DNA of 64,000 nt. Source: Candidatus Latescibacterota bacterium. GTDB taxonomy: Bacteria; Latescibacterota; UBA2968; UBA8231. Below, piece by piece: positions 12,401 through 23,404 of this stretch (the stretch's first letter is position 1; each line of letters opens with the position of its first letter). The position numbers and the translations under genes were made by a program. Under the pieces are notes generated by a model. The model made no database searches and was not told where the DNA came from. It saw only the letters and a list, made by a program, of their open reading frames with translations. The stretch lies in NCBI GenBank assembly GCA_965243025.1, contig CBDETY010000003.1, positions 3,008,001 through 3,072,000 on the forward strand, written 5' to 3'.

Positions 12401-13759
12401 GAGGGTATCCGCGAAAACAAATGCGCCATCTGGAGGATTCGGAAGGAAATTCGGGTACATGGCGCCGTCGAGCCCAGCAAACTCGGCACGGATGTCTTTG
12501 GCCTTTTGCTCTAAATCAAAGGCAGCATGGAGAACAAGGTTGTCATATGCAGCTTGCCATGCTACACGCAGCGGATGGGAAGGTAAGACAATTAGACCAA
12601 TGGTTCGTCCGGAAAGGGACTGTATTTCGACCGTATTTACGAGACTGAACCCCGGCTCACCTTCCTCCAATAGCGCCGCCCAAGCCCGCATATACTCCTG
12701 TACTGTGCCAAAGTTCCCACCTGTTTCGTCATACACTTGGCCAACGCCTCCTCCCACACTAAAGCATTCGGCCATTCTACGACTTGCGGAAATAGCCCGC
12801 TTCCAGGCTTCACAATCCCTGCCTTGGAATGGAAGAAACTCCGCTGGGCCAGCGCGGTCTCCAGAGCCTCTTACCTTGACCTTCCACCTGCCCACTTCCC
12901 CCCGTCTACCAATCCACTGCTTTTCCAACTCGGAGATCAACGACGGCTGAAAAACTCGGAAACTCTTTCGTCTTCCCTTCTCTACTGGGGTGCGCAACAG
13001 AACAAAGCCTTTGGAATCGAGAGTCACAGATGGAACTGACGAAATCTTCGAAACGCTTTCCCGGCTTCCTAGTTCCGCAAGTCCTTCACTGAACGTCCGA
13101 ACTTTTGTGCCAACACCCCCGACGGCCTGATCTGGAGGTTCTCCGAAGCGGATAATAAACTCTTCGCTTTCTTGGCTTTCGATCACATCGTTTCCGACCA
13201 CTTCGACAACAATTTTGGCAGATAACAGTGCATCTTCCCCCAAGGAGGAAAAATCATCGTCGCTAAACCGGCATTTCTCCCCTCCTTTTCGTGCCGAGTG
13301 GGGGACATCTCGAACCACAAGTTCTTCGTCCATGTCTGTACGAACCATAACTCGGTATTCCGCGGCATTCTTCTCCAAATTGCCAGGATCGGTTTTCCAT
13401 CTGACCTCCAAAATCGAAAAACGACCAGTCTGATCCATTTCCGGCCTTAGTACAAAAGCAGGGGGCTCGTCCGCTTCCCCTTCCTCAATTAAACCGGACC
13501 ACTTGGCGATTGTTCCATTTCGATTTCTCCAAGACGTAAGTTCAATTCCTTGGATGGATTGCGCTGCGGGTTCAGTTCGAAGAGCCCCGATCCATAGAGC
13601 CTCATTTTTGGAAACATTCTTCAAAGCCATGAGAAGTGGCATTGTATCCACGGAATGAAGAAACCGCTCCAAATCCCCGCTGTTTTGCTCGGAACTCCGA
13701 TCCAGTCTTACCGACTCAATACGCGCTGATGGGGGTAGACTAGCCCCAGCGGTACCTAG
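9413..13759 (-). pseudogene. Large nuclease-ATPase (PD-(D/E)xK + HerA/DUF87; DptH/MAD8-like), 5'-truncated by IS
   Basis: RPDLIHV..FVEVK nuclease motif; GLPGMGKT, LVFDEAH, KECRKYG; the upstream part of the ORF is IS sequence. Confidence 0.75.
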
Positions 13760-15316
13760 CAGGCCGTTGAAAATCCGGGTTATTCCGGAAACCCCGGACG
13801 TCGCGGATGTATGATTTCCTTTCCCAAGAAAATCGGTTATCAGGCTAAACATTCCCATTTATAGAAATGGTCCCGAAAAGGACAGCTCAACAATCGCAAA
13901 TAACCGAAAATTCGACCCAAAAGAGCGTTTGCGCGATCGGCAAAAGTCGAGAAAACCGATGCCAATCCATACAACCCTTTCGGCGTTCCCTTTCCGGTGA
14001 GCTTGCGCATCACCAGCCCGAGATTGAAGGCGCCGCCATGAATACACAGACGCTTGTAGATGTTGGTGTGGCCGCGCAGGTGAGTGCGGCGCATGCCTCC
14101 CGTTTCGTAGGTATGAGCGAAACTGCGCTCCACGTGCTCGGCGCGAAGCCGCTGCAGCCTCTTGCCGCGGTCTCCCCGTATACGCCGACGATTCGCATAC
14201 ACCGCCGTCTTGGCCGGCGCATCCTTCTTCCAGTTGCGCCGACCGCGATCCGGTTCGGCCACGTAGCTGCGGATCTCCGCCGTCCTCAGCATCTTCATCG
14301 TGTCATTGCTGTGATACCCCCGGTCCGCCACCACTTCGCTCAGCCTGATCTGCTCATCGACACCGACCTCTTTCAGGCTGCGGTCCGCCTGCACCAGACT
14401 CCACAGCAGCGACGCGGTATCCCCTTCATCGGCGCCGCACACCTGCAGGGCCACCAGCGCCTGCGTGTCCAGATCGACCGTATGTTCGGCCTTGTGGGCC
14501 ATATGCGTGCGGCCGTCTTTCATCCTGGTTATGCGGGCCTCCCGATCATGGGGATGCGCCCAGTCCCGGTTGGACGCCTTGTTGGCCCGCTTGCGGTCGA
14601 GCCGGGCCACCTCCTGCCGGGTCGGCTCCGGAATGCCTTCGGCCCGGGCCAACCCTTCCAGATACTCGCGGTAGCCCTGGCCCGTATCCCGGCGCACGAT
14701 GCTGCGCATCGCCGCGTTGGCCTCCAGCGTGGTGGCGTCCACCGCCACCGTCTTTCCCTGCAGCAGGTCCCGGTCGGACAACACCTTCAGCACCCAGTCG
14801 AAGACCGCTTCGTGCACCGCTTCGGGCAGGCGCTGACGAATACGCGACAGGCTCGAATGATCCGGGGTGGACTCGGTCAGGGCGTAGCCGAGAAAGCGAC
14901 GCAGAGCCAACGAATCGGCGACCCGCCAGGCAATGGCCCGCTCCGATCCCAGGCCTTCGAAATAGCCGATCATGAGCATGCGGAAATACACCCCGGGAGC
15001 AATACTGGGACGGCCCAACCTCTGGGCGTAATACGGGGCGCACTGCTCTTCTACAAAGGAATCAAACCCATGCTCTTCCAGCAGCCGGTTGAGTTGGGTG
15101 TAAAACGGATGGCTCGGGGTCTCGGGGAGGGTATGGGTCGGCACCCAGATCTCCTGCTGCTGACTTTTCCGACGTTTGCTCATCGACATCACCGGCCTCC
15201 TTGGGGCATCGGCTCGTTTTTCTTGGATCTTTCATAAATCTAGAAAAGGGCGGGTACGACGGGCAATCGTCTGAGGCTATGTTTTTATTAGGAAATAGGA
15301 CTTTTTCAACAGCCTG
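13760..15316 (-). mobile_element. IS1182/IS5-like insertion sequence
   Basis: Terminal IRs CAGGCCGTTGAAAA / CAGGCTGTTGAAAA, each abutting CTAG (13756-59, 15317-20). Confidence 0.88.
13840..15192 (-). CDS. DDE transposase (DUF772 + DDE, IS1182/IS5-like)
   Basis: GRPSIAP, PDHSSLSR, VAVDAT, ADRGY, R..VERSF motifs. Confidence 0.9.
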   Translation of the reverse strand: MMSMSKRRKSQQQEIWVPTHTLPETPSHPFYTQLNRLLEEHGFDSFVEEQCAPYYAQRLGRPSIAPGVYFRMLMIGYFEGLGSERAIAWRVADSLALRRFLGYALTESTPDHSSLSRIRQRLPEAVHEAVFDWVLKVLSDRDLLQGKTVAVDATTLEANAAMRSIVRRDTGQGYREYLEGLARAEGIPEPTRQEVARLDRKRANKASNRDWAHPHDREARITRMKDGRTHMAHKAEHTVDLDTQALVALQVCGADEGDTASLLWSLVQADRSLKEVGVDEQIRLSEVVADRGYHSNDTMKMLRTAEIRSYVAEPDRGRRNWKKDAPAKTAVYANRRRIRGDRGKRLQRLRAEHVERSFAHTYETGGMRRTHLRGHTNIYKRLCIHGGAFNLGLVMRKLTGKGTPKGLYGLASVFSTFADRANALLGRIFGYLRLLSCPFRDHFYKWECLA

Positions 15317-15320
15317 CTAG

Positions 15321-15702
15321 GGGGCTGGATCTGAACAACTTCTATGCCAGACATCAGCAACTCTCTCCGCAGATCGTACAAATGGTCGACCAAGCATTAT
15401 GCAGCGTCGAGTTAGGAGTTGAAATGCTGATCGCTGGCCCTAATGGGGGGAAAACTCATACCATTCATACGGTACTGAATCCTGGAACGATTCACGACAA
15501 TAGTGCAATCGGGCACGGCGCAATAGGGTCCGGCGCGCCACATGCTTTGTATTACCTCATTGAAAATTCATATGCACCGACATTGGCGAAAGAAAAGGTC
15601 ACTGAATTGGTGAAGCAGGCAAAAAAAAGAAGTGAGGTAGCTCCTGGGGTTGGGAAAGAGACAACCATCCTGGTATTACCCAGCGAAGGAGACGAAAAAT
15701 GA
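15321..15702 (+). pseudogene. C-terminal fragment of a proteasome-beta/Ntn-hydrolase-like protein
   Basis: MLIAG..AIGSGAPHA..A....PGVG pattern; the frame is open back to the IS end and the N-terminus is missing. Confidence 0.55.
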
Positions 15703-16266
15703 TTCAAGATACCATGAAGTCGTATAGCATGAAATGGGCTGAGGCGGAACGGGAACTGGCTGTTCGTAGGATCGTTCTCCCTACTTATCCAATCCAGCCC
15801 GAACATCCCGTAATTCAGAAGGAAGAAATCTACCTTCCGCAGATTCCGGATAAGCCATATCCCACTAATCTGCCACGGAATACGTAAGAACGGGGCCTTC
15901 TTGTTTTCCCGTCAGTTTTTGCCACTGTAGCCTCCTTTCTGATCATTCCCCGCACCGCTTGGGCCATTTGTTCGACGGTGTCCTTTATTCCGGGTGTTGT
16001 GAGCCCGGAAAATCCATTTGACCCTGTACAGTGATGGCAATTCCCTGACACTCCCCTACTCGGGGTTTTTGTTGTTTCAGGCCGAGTTTTTCTCCCCCTG
16101 CTTTGCCCTTGTCTCGGGGCTTGGTAGTGAGCCCTTTCTTGAAATCCATATTATCACACCTGACCTCAGCATCTTCGAAGGAGCTTCGACACGAGGTACG
16201 AGGCTCTTGACGTACCGTGGGAATGCGCGTCGACATTAGATTAGAAGGTTGTAGAAAAGGCATTCC

Positions 16267-17721
16267 ATGAACCCGAAATACGCTAACTGGCAGGCTTACC
16301 AGGACGCGGTCGCCGCGGTCTTTAGAGACCTTGGCTGCAAGGCCGAGGTCGACAAGACCGTTCCTAGTGCACGCGGTCCTCAGAAGATCGATGTGTACGT
16401 GACGTTTCAGAAGTTCGGACACGAGTGCAGCTGGGTCATCGAATGCAAGCTGTGGTGTAGCCCTGTTCCCAAGGACGTCATCCATACGCTTTACACCAAG
16501 GTTCAGAACATTGGCGCCGACCGCGGACTGATTTTCAGCGAGAGCGGGTTTCAGTCAGGCGTACATGCTGCAGCCCAACACACCAACATTCTTCTTCAAG
16601 ACTCTCTCGAAGCGTTCATGAATACGGCACAGCTGCACCTAAACCGAATTCCACTTGTCCTCGAAGAATCGGATAAACCGGACGTTCCGCCGATCCACGC
16701 CTTTCCGGGCGGTTTCCAACCGCATCACCTCCTCGTACACGAAGGCCGCGTCTTCGTAGGCAATTGGGGCAAGCCACAGGCTGGAAACATCGCCATCGTC
16801 GATCCCGCCACCCGATCCATCGAGAGCATTATTGAACTCGACAAGTACGAAGCCGGAATCGCAACCGGGGGCGAACCACGCGTCCTACAACATCCTCCCG
16901 GAAAAATGGCGTGCGCTGGCGGCAAGCTCTTCGTCGGGCAGGTATTTTCGGACTTCGTTCTCGTTATCGATATCGAGACCCAATCGATCGTCAAACGAAT
17001 CTCAATCCCCGGTGGCGGAGAGGGTGCGATCGCATCTTCGACCGACGGCCGGCGTATCTACTTTGCGAGCAATCGGGTGAATCGCGCCTTCGTCATCGAT
17101 AGCGCAACCTACGAGTACGAGGCCATCGATTATCCCCCGAGGGGCCGCGGCTGTCTTTGTCTCCTTCCTCACCCAACCGAGCCCTTTCTCTATCTGGGCA
17201 TCCAGAGGGGTGGGAAATTGCTCGGCAAATCCTATCCAGGAAGCAATTGCTTCCTTGCCGTCTACGACTTCGTCCGGCGCCGGTATGTGGGAGATCTCTA
17301 CCTTGCCGAGGTCGAGAACAACCGTAGCGACAACTCGAGCCCAGTCTGCCTTACCTACGACGACGAACAACGATGCCTTTTTATCGGAATGTTTCAGTCC
17401 CTACGAGGTATCTGCCGTGTAGATGAACTCGGACAGCAAACTCTCAACGAGTTCCGTTTCGAGACCAATGCGAGAAACAAGGATTTTGGCTGGGTCGATC
17501 CGCTATCCCAAGCCCTCTTTTTCGACAAGCTCCTATCCGTTAACCGAAACAACCGTGAACTCGTCACACTAGACAAGCGCACGGGATGTATCGAACGCGC
17601 ACAATACCTCGGCGAGGCCCCGAACGGGCCGCATTCAGTCGTTGTCCTCGGTCATCTCGCGATCGTTAGCTATCCCGAGCGAGGAGGTCTCATCTTCCAG
17701 GACTTGGCCGGCGATGGCTGA
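16267..17721 (+). CDS. Mrr-like restriction endonuclease fused to a YncE/YVTN beta-propeller
   Basis: N-terminal KIDVYV..VIECKLW..GFQSG; C-terminal repeats (VIDIET, DGRRIYFA, VIDSAT). Confidence 0.8.
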   Translation: MNPKYANWQAYQDAVAAVFRDLGCKAEVDKTVPSARGPQKIDVYVTFQKFGHECSWVIECKLWCSPVPKDVIHTLYTKVQNIGADRGLIFSESGFQSGVHAAAQHTNILLQDSLEAFMNTAQLHLNRIPLVLEESDKPDVPPIHAFPGGFQPHHLLVHEGRVFVGNWGKPQAGNIAIVDPATRSIESIIELDKYEAGIATGGEPRVLQHPPGKMACAGGKLFVGQVFSDFVLVIDIETQSIVKRISIPGGGEGAIASSTDGRRIYFASNRVNRAFVIDSATYEYEAIDYPPRGRGCLCLLPHPTEPFLYLGIQRGGKLLGKSYPGSNCFLAVYDFVRRRYVGDLYLAEVENNRSDNSSPVCLTYDDEQRCLFIGMFQSLRGICRVDELGQQTLNEFRFETNARNKDFGWVDPLSQALFFDKLLSVNRNNRELVTLDKRTGCIERAQYLGEAPNGPHSVVVLGHLAIVSYPERGGLIFQDLAGDG

Positions 17722-18876
17722 AGGGCACTTCGCCGTCGTTAAGCGAATACGCATAGGCGGGGTTTCGCCGACCGATAACGGTACCATGCACCCAAGTCCG
17801 CGAAATTGGAACCGGAAGGTCAACAGAGACGGCGGTCGGCGAGCGGATTTCCGGGGTCGAAAGCAAAATCGAAGGACCAGGCTGTTGGCGGGCTTGCCAC
17901 GTGGAACCACCCCGACAATGACCCCGCCCGAATAACTAAAGCCCGATCCTCGGACCGACTCCGTACCCCGCTCGAAGCGCTGAGAAGAACCGTCTGGGTG
18001 CTCATCTCCTACATGCTCCGAAGTGCGCTCTTGCCGTCGAGACACACCGCCGCTAGGTCGAAGCTTGGCAGGGGTCGCTTCTGGAATGCGGCCAGTTTGC
18101 GGATTCCCGCCGCAGACCTCGCAGTTCCGGGCAGCCGGCACCTCGACCCGCCGTTTCCGATCATCCAGGTGCACCGATCCCGACTGGCCACCCTCAGGGG
18201 TCCGGTTGGCCTGTGCCCTTTACCCGAGATGGGGAATACTGTGAAATTGTCAGCCAGCCGACATCCTCCAGCTCCCGCTTAAACAGGAAATCTGATGTCG
18301 TTCTCTCGGTTTTTTCTCTTCTCTATGGTTATACCAGATTATTCCTCTAATCGCGCTTCGGATCAGGCCCCCTCCCCCGGTCGTTCTCGCCCCAGCCTGT
18401 CAGCGGGGCTCCTGAATTCTCAGCGCCGGATCAGATGTCCAATTTTGGACGAATCGTGTGGCGGGTGCACTACCTCATCAGATCCCAAACCTTCCTCGGG
18501 ACGACCTGCGCGCCTTTCCCGTAACGGCGCGGCACCGGGTGAAACGGACCGGGCCGAAGACTTGCGGAGCTCCACAACCTCACCTTTTGAAGGTAGCCCC
18601 CGTTCTGTCATGGCGGTGCTTATCCGAAGAACCCATACTTCCTTGTAATCCCACCGAGATTTTCGTACTCTTTCTCTCGCACCCATTTCTTGCGCAGGGT
18701 CCCGCATGTCGGGTTCTCTGCCTAATACAACAGCCAGCAGTCATGGCCAAAGGGTCGCTCCCTGAGGCTTGGCGAATAAGCAGGATCTTCCCGTCTCTCT
18801 GCGCAGGAAGGGTGCTGAACCCGGCTCCAAGGGCCGGAGCACCCTTCATTTCATTTTTCCACACGGAGAATGAAAA

Positions 18877-19845
18877 ATGCGCAACTCCTTGTTTTTTCTC
18901 GCTGTTGCAGTTTTCGTCGTCGCAGATGTCAAGGCATCTCAAAAAGCAGTAGTAGGCGTAACCGAAGTCCAGACAGCTGCTCAAAATATCAGCTGTGCGG
19001 GATGGGCAGCTGTGTATCGGGCAGACTGCAATGCCTACTTGTCCAGCGGGTTTCGTACCATGTTGGAAACGGCGATATTCAAGACTGGCAAGATGGGCGT
19101 GCTGGAGCGTGCCAGAATGGATGTGTATGAAGAGAGAATGTTAGGCCAGACCGGCCTGACAGATGCCGGAGGCCAGGTTGGCGGCACAATGGGAGCAGAT
19201 TACCTGGTGTATGGGTCCATCACCAAGTTCGGAAGCAAGCGCGGCGGGTTCGCCCTGAAGACTGATGACAAAAAGAAGAAAAAGGGCCTTCTTGGGTCAG
19301 GTATCGCCAGCAGCACCGTAACTGTCGAGATGGGCGTAGACATCAAGGTGACCGATGTAGAAACCGGTCAAATCGTTATTGCGGATCATGTTCAAGGGAA
19401 GGTCAAGCAAGGACAGGGCCTGGTCATTGGAGGCATCACATCCGTTGACAAAAGTGCCGATCCATTTGCTGATGTTCAGAGAGTAGTTGCTGCAAAAATC
19501 TCCGAGGCCATCGTAACCTATCGCTTCCCCATCAAGGTGATAAAGGTCCAGAATGACGGTCTCTTGGTGTTGAATTATGGCGAGATCTTTTTCTCGGAAG
19601 GAGACAGGCTCGCCATGTATGAAGTAGGTGAAGCATTTGTCGATCCAGATACTGGAGAAACACTGGGAGCAGAAGAGACTTTATTGGGAACTGCTAAAGT
19701 AGTCGATGTGGACAAGCGGTTTGCGAAGGCCGAGATCACGGGGGAGAAGTTCGATGCTTCGGTTGGGAGCATTATGAAGCGAATATCGAAAAAAGAAGCA
19801 AAGGAGATAAATAAGCGGAAGCGGTCAGGGTCCAAGCTTAATTAG
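18877..19845 (+). CDS. Secreted CsgG/FlgT-like protein
   Basis: Signal peptide; VLER, GADYLVYGSITKF, DVETGQI; C-terminal DPDTGETLG. Confidence 0.8.
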   Translation: MRNSLFFLAVAVFVVADVKASQKAVVGVTEVQTAAQNISCAGWAAVYRADCNAYLSSGFRTMLETAIFKTGKMGVLERARMDVYEERMLGQTGLTDAGGQVGGTMGADYLVYGSITKFGSKRGGFALKTDDKKKKKGLLGSGIASSTVTVEMGVDIKVTDVETGQIVIADHVQGKVKQGQGLVIGGITSVDKSADPFADVQRVVAAKISEAIVTYRFPIKVIKVQNDGLLVLNYGEIFFSEGDRLAMYEVGEAFVDPDTGETLGAEETLLGTAKVVDVDKRFAKAEITGEKFDASVGSIMKRISKKEAKEINKRKRSGSKLN

Positions 19846-20023
19846 GCATGGGAGGCGACAAAGAAGTGCTGGCAATTATTCCCTGACACTCGCCCTTCTG
19901 TTCGGGGATAGGACCTGATTGTGAGCCCGCAGCGAGATCCTGCCGTTACTTGCTGCGGCCCCTGATTGAAGTCGTTCCCCTCGAATCCCCAAAGGATGGA
20001 CTCTTGAGGCAGGGCAGCGCGTA

Positions 20024-20893
20024 ATGACTGTTAATACTCTCAATTTCCATCCGTGGATAGTGCGACGGACCCATCTTTATGAGTACTTCTCCCGTAGTTG
20101 GGGAATGTTTGCAGCTGCAGAGTCGTCAAAGAATTCTGCGACAGCTGCTATGTTGGTGGGATTGAGTTTCGAGTTGGCCCTGAAGACTCTACTTGTCATT
20201 TGCACGCCAAGGACAGAGTTCCCACCGAATACTCACAGAATCTCTGGGTGTTTGGGCGAGATTCCACAATTGAAGAAACTCCTACAAGACCTTTGGGGAG
20301 AGGATCTTGATTTTGTAGTCCAATTTGTGGACGAGGACATAAACAGTTCCCAGATTCGGTACGGTGCTGCCGGAAGCAAGCGAGATAAGGAGACGCGCTT
20401 GGTTGCTGCAACCTTTGCGGAGAAGCCCTCTTACTGGGCTGATTCAGTCAGAGAATTGTATGAAGAACTGATGGGGAGTATTGGTGCAGCCATTTGGGAG
20501 AACTATCCCAAGACGGATAAGAACGGTAAGGAATTCCATAGAAGATTTGAGATCAGTCCGGCTCTTAAGCCGGGCATTGCCGTTCCTCCGGACATGTACC
20601 CAGGAATTGGCCGGGAGGTCTTCGGATATTTTGTGGGGGCAAAGAGGCGTGGCATTGATACAGAATCTGGCGCGATCATTCCTATGGAGGGACGTTCGGA
20701 GGAAGGTGAATTTTGGGTGAGAATTCGTATAGAGAAAGATACTGCTGTGGACCAAAAACTGACGCAGATCAAAGGTAAGGGCCTGCGCCTAGAAGGCCAA
20801 TGCAGGTGGGTAGGGCAACCGGTTGATGGAGTGTCACTTCATGTATTCCAAATGAGATCAATCTTGTCTCAAATTCGAGGGACGGACCCTTGA
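20024..20893 (+). CDS. HEPN-domain protein
   Basis: SFELALKTL ... THRI ... IRY pattern. Confidence 0.6.
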   Translation: MTVNTLNFHPWIVRRTHLYEYFSRSWGMFAAAESSKNSATAAMLVGLSFELALKTLLVICTPRTEFPPNTHRISGCLGEIPQLKKLLQDLWGEDLDFVVQFVDEDINSSQIRYGAAGSKRDKETRLVAATFAEKPSYWADSVRELYEELMGSIGAAIWENYPKTDKNGKEFHRRFEISPALKPGIAVPPDMYPGIGREVFGYFVGAKRRGIDTESGAIIPMEGRSEEGEFWVRIRIEKDTAVDQKLTQIKGKGLRLEGQCRWVGQPVDGVSLHVFQMRSILSQIRGTDP

Positions 20894-21006
20894 AGCATTT
20901 TTGCGCCAGCATGGAGCAAAGTAGCTGTTGCTTTTCGGACGCGGACCTTACCAAGCTGGCAGGCTTCTTTCGATACCTCCGCTGAGGATCGGAGAACGGG
21001 CTATAT

Positions 21007-21075
21007 CCGTGCCCGAACCGCCACCGGTTGGGCGAAGGCGCCTCAGCGCCGAAGCCGGGCACGGACATGTTAGCA
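21007..21075 (-). repeat. attC-like site, branched family (R' end lost)
   Basis: Near-identical to 62419-62488; TGCTAAC-ATGT-CCGTGCCCG...CGGGCACGG on the minus strand. Confidence 0.75.
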
Positions 21076-21127
21076 GCCGGTGCTTTGTTGGTTCGCCTGA
21101 AAAAACCTCTGCATCACTTCCAAACAT

Positions 21128-21418
21128 TCACTCCAATGATCCCTGAACCGTTCGTGGACCTCCAGAATCCAGAGACCTTCGTAATCTTTCAGGTGGCATC
21201 GCGTCAGAATAGGGAACCTTACCCCATCCGAGAGGCAAGTGCAGATCGGTTTCGCCATACATGATGCGAACCGGAAAGGCATTCGGATGCCCCTCTACAC
21301 CAAGATTGTCATTGACGTGGATGTGCCCGACCCAGGGCGCAGCGAAAGCGACTTCTTCGAGATAGTCGTGCCCCAGCGATTGGTCAGCCAGAAACAGGTG
21401 CCCGAGATCAAGAGCCAA
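21128..21418 (-). pseudogene. Sugar-phosphate isomerase/epimerase (TIM barrel) C-terminal fragment
   Basis: LDLGH, HIHVNDN, DLHLPLGWG motifs; frameshifted and truncated. Confidence 0.7.
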
Positions 21419-21674
21419 GCGAACGCTCTTCGAGTCAACGGCATCTACCTGTTGGGACTACATCGCGAATCCCGCTACCGGTGTTTTCGACACCGATCAT
21501 AATTCCGTGGTCTTCTGCATAGGTGGCCAGCTTTTGAAGAGCTTCTACCTCCTGTTTTCGGCTGCGGGAACGTTAACAGAAAGAACGCGCCAAAGTCAAA
21601 AGCAAAACCGCCGGCCGTAGAGGCCGCCAAGAAAATCTTTGAAACGCTTCTTTTGCCTGATGGATTTGTTCTAT

Positions 21675-21748
21675 AGCCAACGAGCTATACGGAGTTATTT
21701 ACCACGACTGAGATATTGTGAGATTTTCCGTATAAGCAAGAGTTACCC
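21675..21748 (+). repeat. attC site
   Basis: AGCCAAC...GCTATACGGA / TCCGTATAAGC...GTTACCC. Confidence 0.7.
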
Positions 21749-21769
21749 TCGCTCCATAAAGAGTTACAA

Positions 21770-22243
21770 ATGGCGACTATTCGAAAAGCTCATCCAGAAG
21801 ATGCGGAGGAAATATCCCGGGTTCATGAAAGTTCGATTAGAACTCATGGCCCACAGAGTTACGCTCCCGAAGTTGTCGAAGGATGGGCCGGTGGCATATC
21901 CCCTGCGCGACATCGTGAGGTGATTTCATCAAGGGAAGGTATGTTTGTAGCTGAAATTGACGGGCGGATCATAGGCTTTGGTAGCGTGATCGTTGCGGAC
22001 GGTGAGATTGGTGCTGTTTATGTCGATCCCGAATTTACCCGACAGGGGGTAGGCCAAGCGATTCTCGAACGTCTGGAAGATGTCGCTCGACAGGCAGGTC
22101 TGACTAACATCAAAGTAGGCTCCTCGCTAGTTGCGCTGAGGTTTTACGAACAGAATGGCTACTCTCAAGCGGAGGCGTTCATTCACACTTCGCAGAGAAC
22201 TGGAGTCGACATTCCCTGTGTGTGGATGTCGAAAGAACTGTAG
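21770..22243 (+). CDS. GNAT acetyltransferase (gene cassette)
   Basis: VYVDPEFTRQGVG, ALRFYEQNGY; flanked by attC sites. Confidence 0.9.
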   Translation: MATIRKAHPEDAEEISRVHESSIRTHGPQSYAPEVVEGWAGGISPARHREVISSREGMFVAEIDGRIIGFGSVIVADGEIGAVYVDPEFTRQGVGQAILERLEDVARQAGLTNIKVGSSLVALRFYEQNGYSQAEAFIHTSQRTGVDIPCVWMSKEL

Positions 22244-22256
22244 TGGAAACGAGCGA

Positions 22257-22369
22257 GGGTAACAAACGGCTGCAATGGACGGCGAACCTGTGGCAATACT
22301 TGGGGGGTTTATGGTAATATTCGGAAGGCCCTTGGCAATTCGTGCCGCCATTGAGCCTTGCCGTTAAAC
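22257..22369 (+). repeat. Canonical attC site
   Basis: GGGTAAC-AAAC-GGCT[G]CAATGG[A]CGGC ... GCCGCCATTGAGCC-TTGCC-GTTAAAC, with two extrahelical bases. Confidence 0.9.
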
Positions 22370-22427
22370 TGCAAGTGAAGACAAAGAAAGTGATGGTGTT
22401 CCCGCCCTTCTTCTGGCTGATTTCTAA

Positions 22428-23404
22428 CCTGAATTATTCATAAAAAAGGCGATGTCCCCTATATAAATGGTTGTTTATCCCTAAGTTAGGGGTAGACCAA
22501 ACAACAAACCATTTGGAGAGGACACCGCGATGGAAAATTGGCATCACACTCTGTCGTTTGCAAGGGTTTCGGGCAAGAAAGTTGAAGCCGATTTCGATGG
22601 GGGCTGTACTACCCACGATGGGGGCCTGCTGCTGCTGAGAAAGGCTGAAGCCCACACCGGCGTCCTTAAGCGTATGGTGGCGGCGTTGCCGGATCGGCGA
22701 CATCCCAGTTACATCGACCATAGCAGCGAGGACCTTCTGCGGCAGTGCGTCTTTCAGATCGCCTGCGGCTATGAAGACGCCAATGACAGCGACGATCTGC
22801 GCTGTGATCCGGGGCTGAAAGCCGCCTGCGAGCGGGCGCCGTTGACGGGTCCGGATCTGGCCAGTCAGCCGACCCTGTCTCGTTTGGAGAACCGAGTCAG
22901 CCGCAGCGATCTCTACCGCCTTGCACGCTCGTTGCTTGACACGTTTATCGCTTCCTACGAGAAGCCGCCGAAGAAGATCATCGTCGACATCGATGACACT
23001 GAGGATATCACCCATGGGGCGCAGCAACTGACGTTGTTCAACGCCTATCATAAAGAATACTGCTACATGCCCGTGCACCTCTACGAAGGGCATTCGGGGC
23101 GCTTGATTACGGCGTTCTGCGCCGGGGTCGTCGCATCAAGGGCGGCGAAGCGGCGGCGATTCTGCGGCGTGTTTTCGCGGCGATTGTCACGGCTTGGCCC
23201 AAGGTGCAGATCACGTTGCGGGGGGACTCTCACTTCAGCACCCCGGAGGTTCACGAGGGGTGCGAAGAGTATGCCCTGACGTTTATCTTGGGCCAGGCAC
23301 CCAACTCCAAGCTGCACGAACTCGGGGCGCCGCTGATGGAGCAGGCGCGGGCGCAGGCGGAAAAGCGCGGCAAAGAGGAATCGGTGCGGCTCTTTACCAG
23401 TTTC
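22428..23404 (+). mobile_element. IS1380-family element, transposase frameshifted and 3'-truncated
   Basis: End CCTGAATTATTCATA; GYEDAND, LASQPTLSRLEN, VDIDDT; LRGDSHF lies in a second frame. Confidence 0.88.

Noticed and set aside
13760-13858. N-terminus of the 1481-aa ORF
   Set aside because: It lies inside the IS (IR begins at 13760) and is not part of the original gene.
13867-15237. Long antisense ORFs (also 4249-5094, 26253-27377, 27462-28568, 33391-34743, 35301-36473, 59195-60319)
   Set aside because: These are shadow frames opposite well-supported GC-rich genes.
17750-18850. Short overlapping ORFs here and at 6560-7200
   Set aside because: No recognisable motifs or consistent frame; probably decayed DNA.
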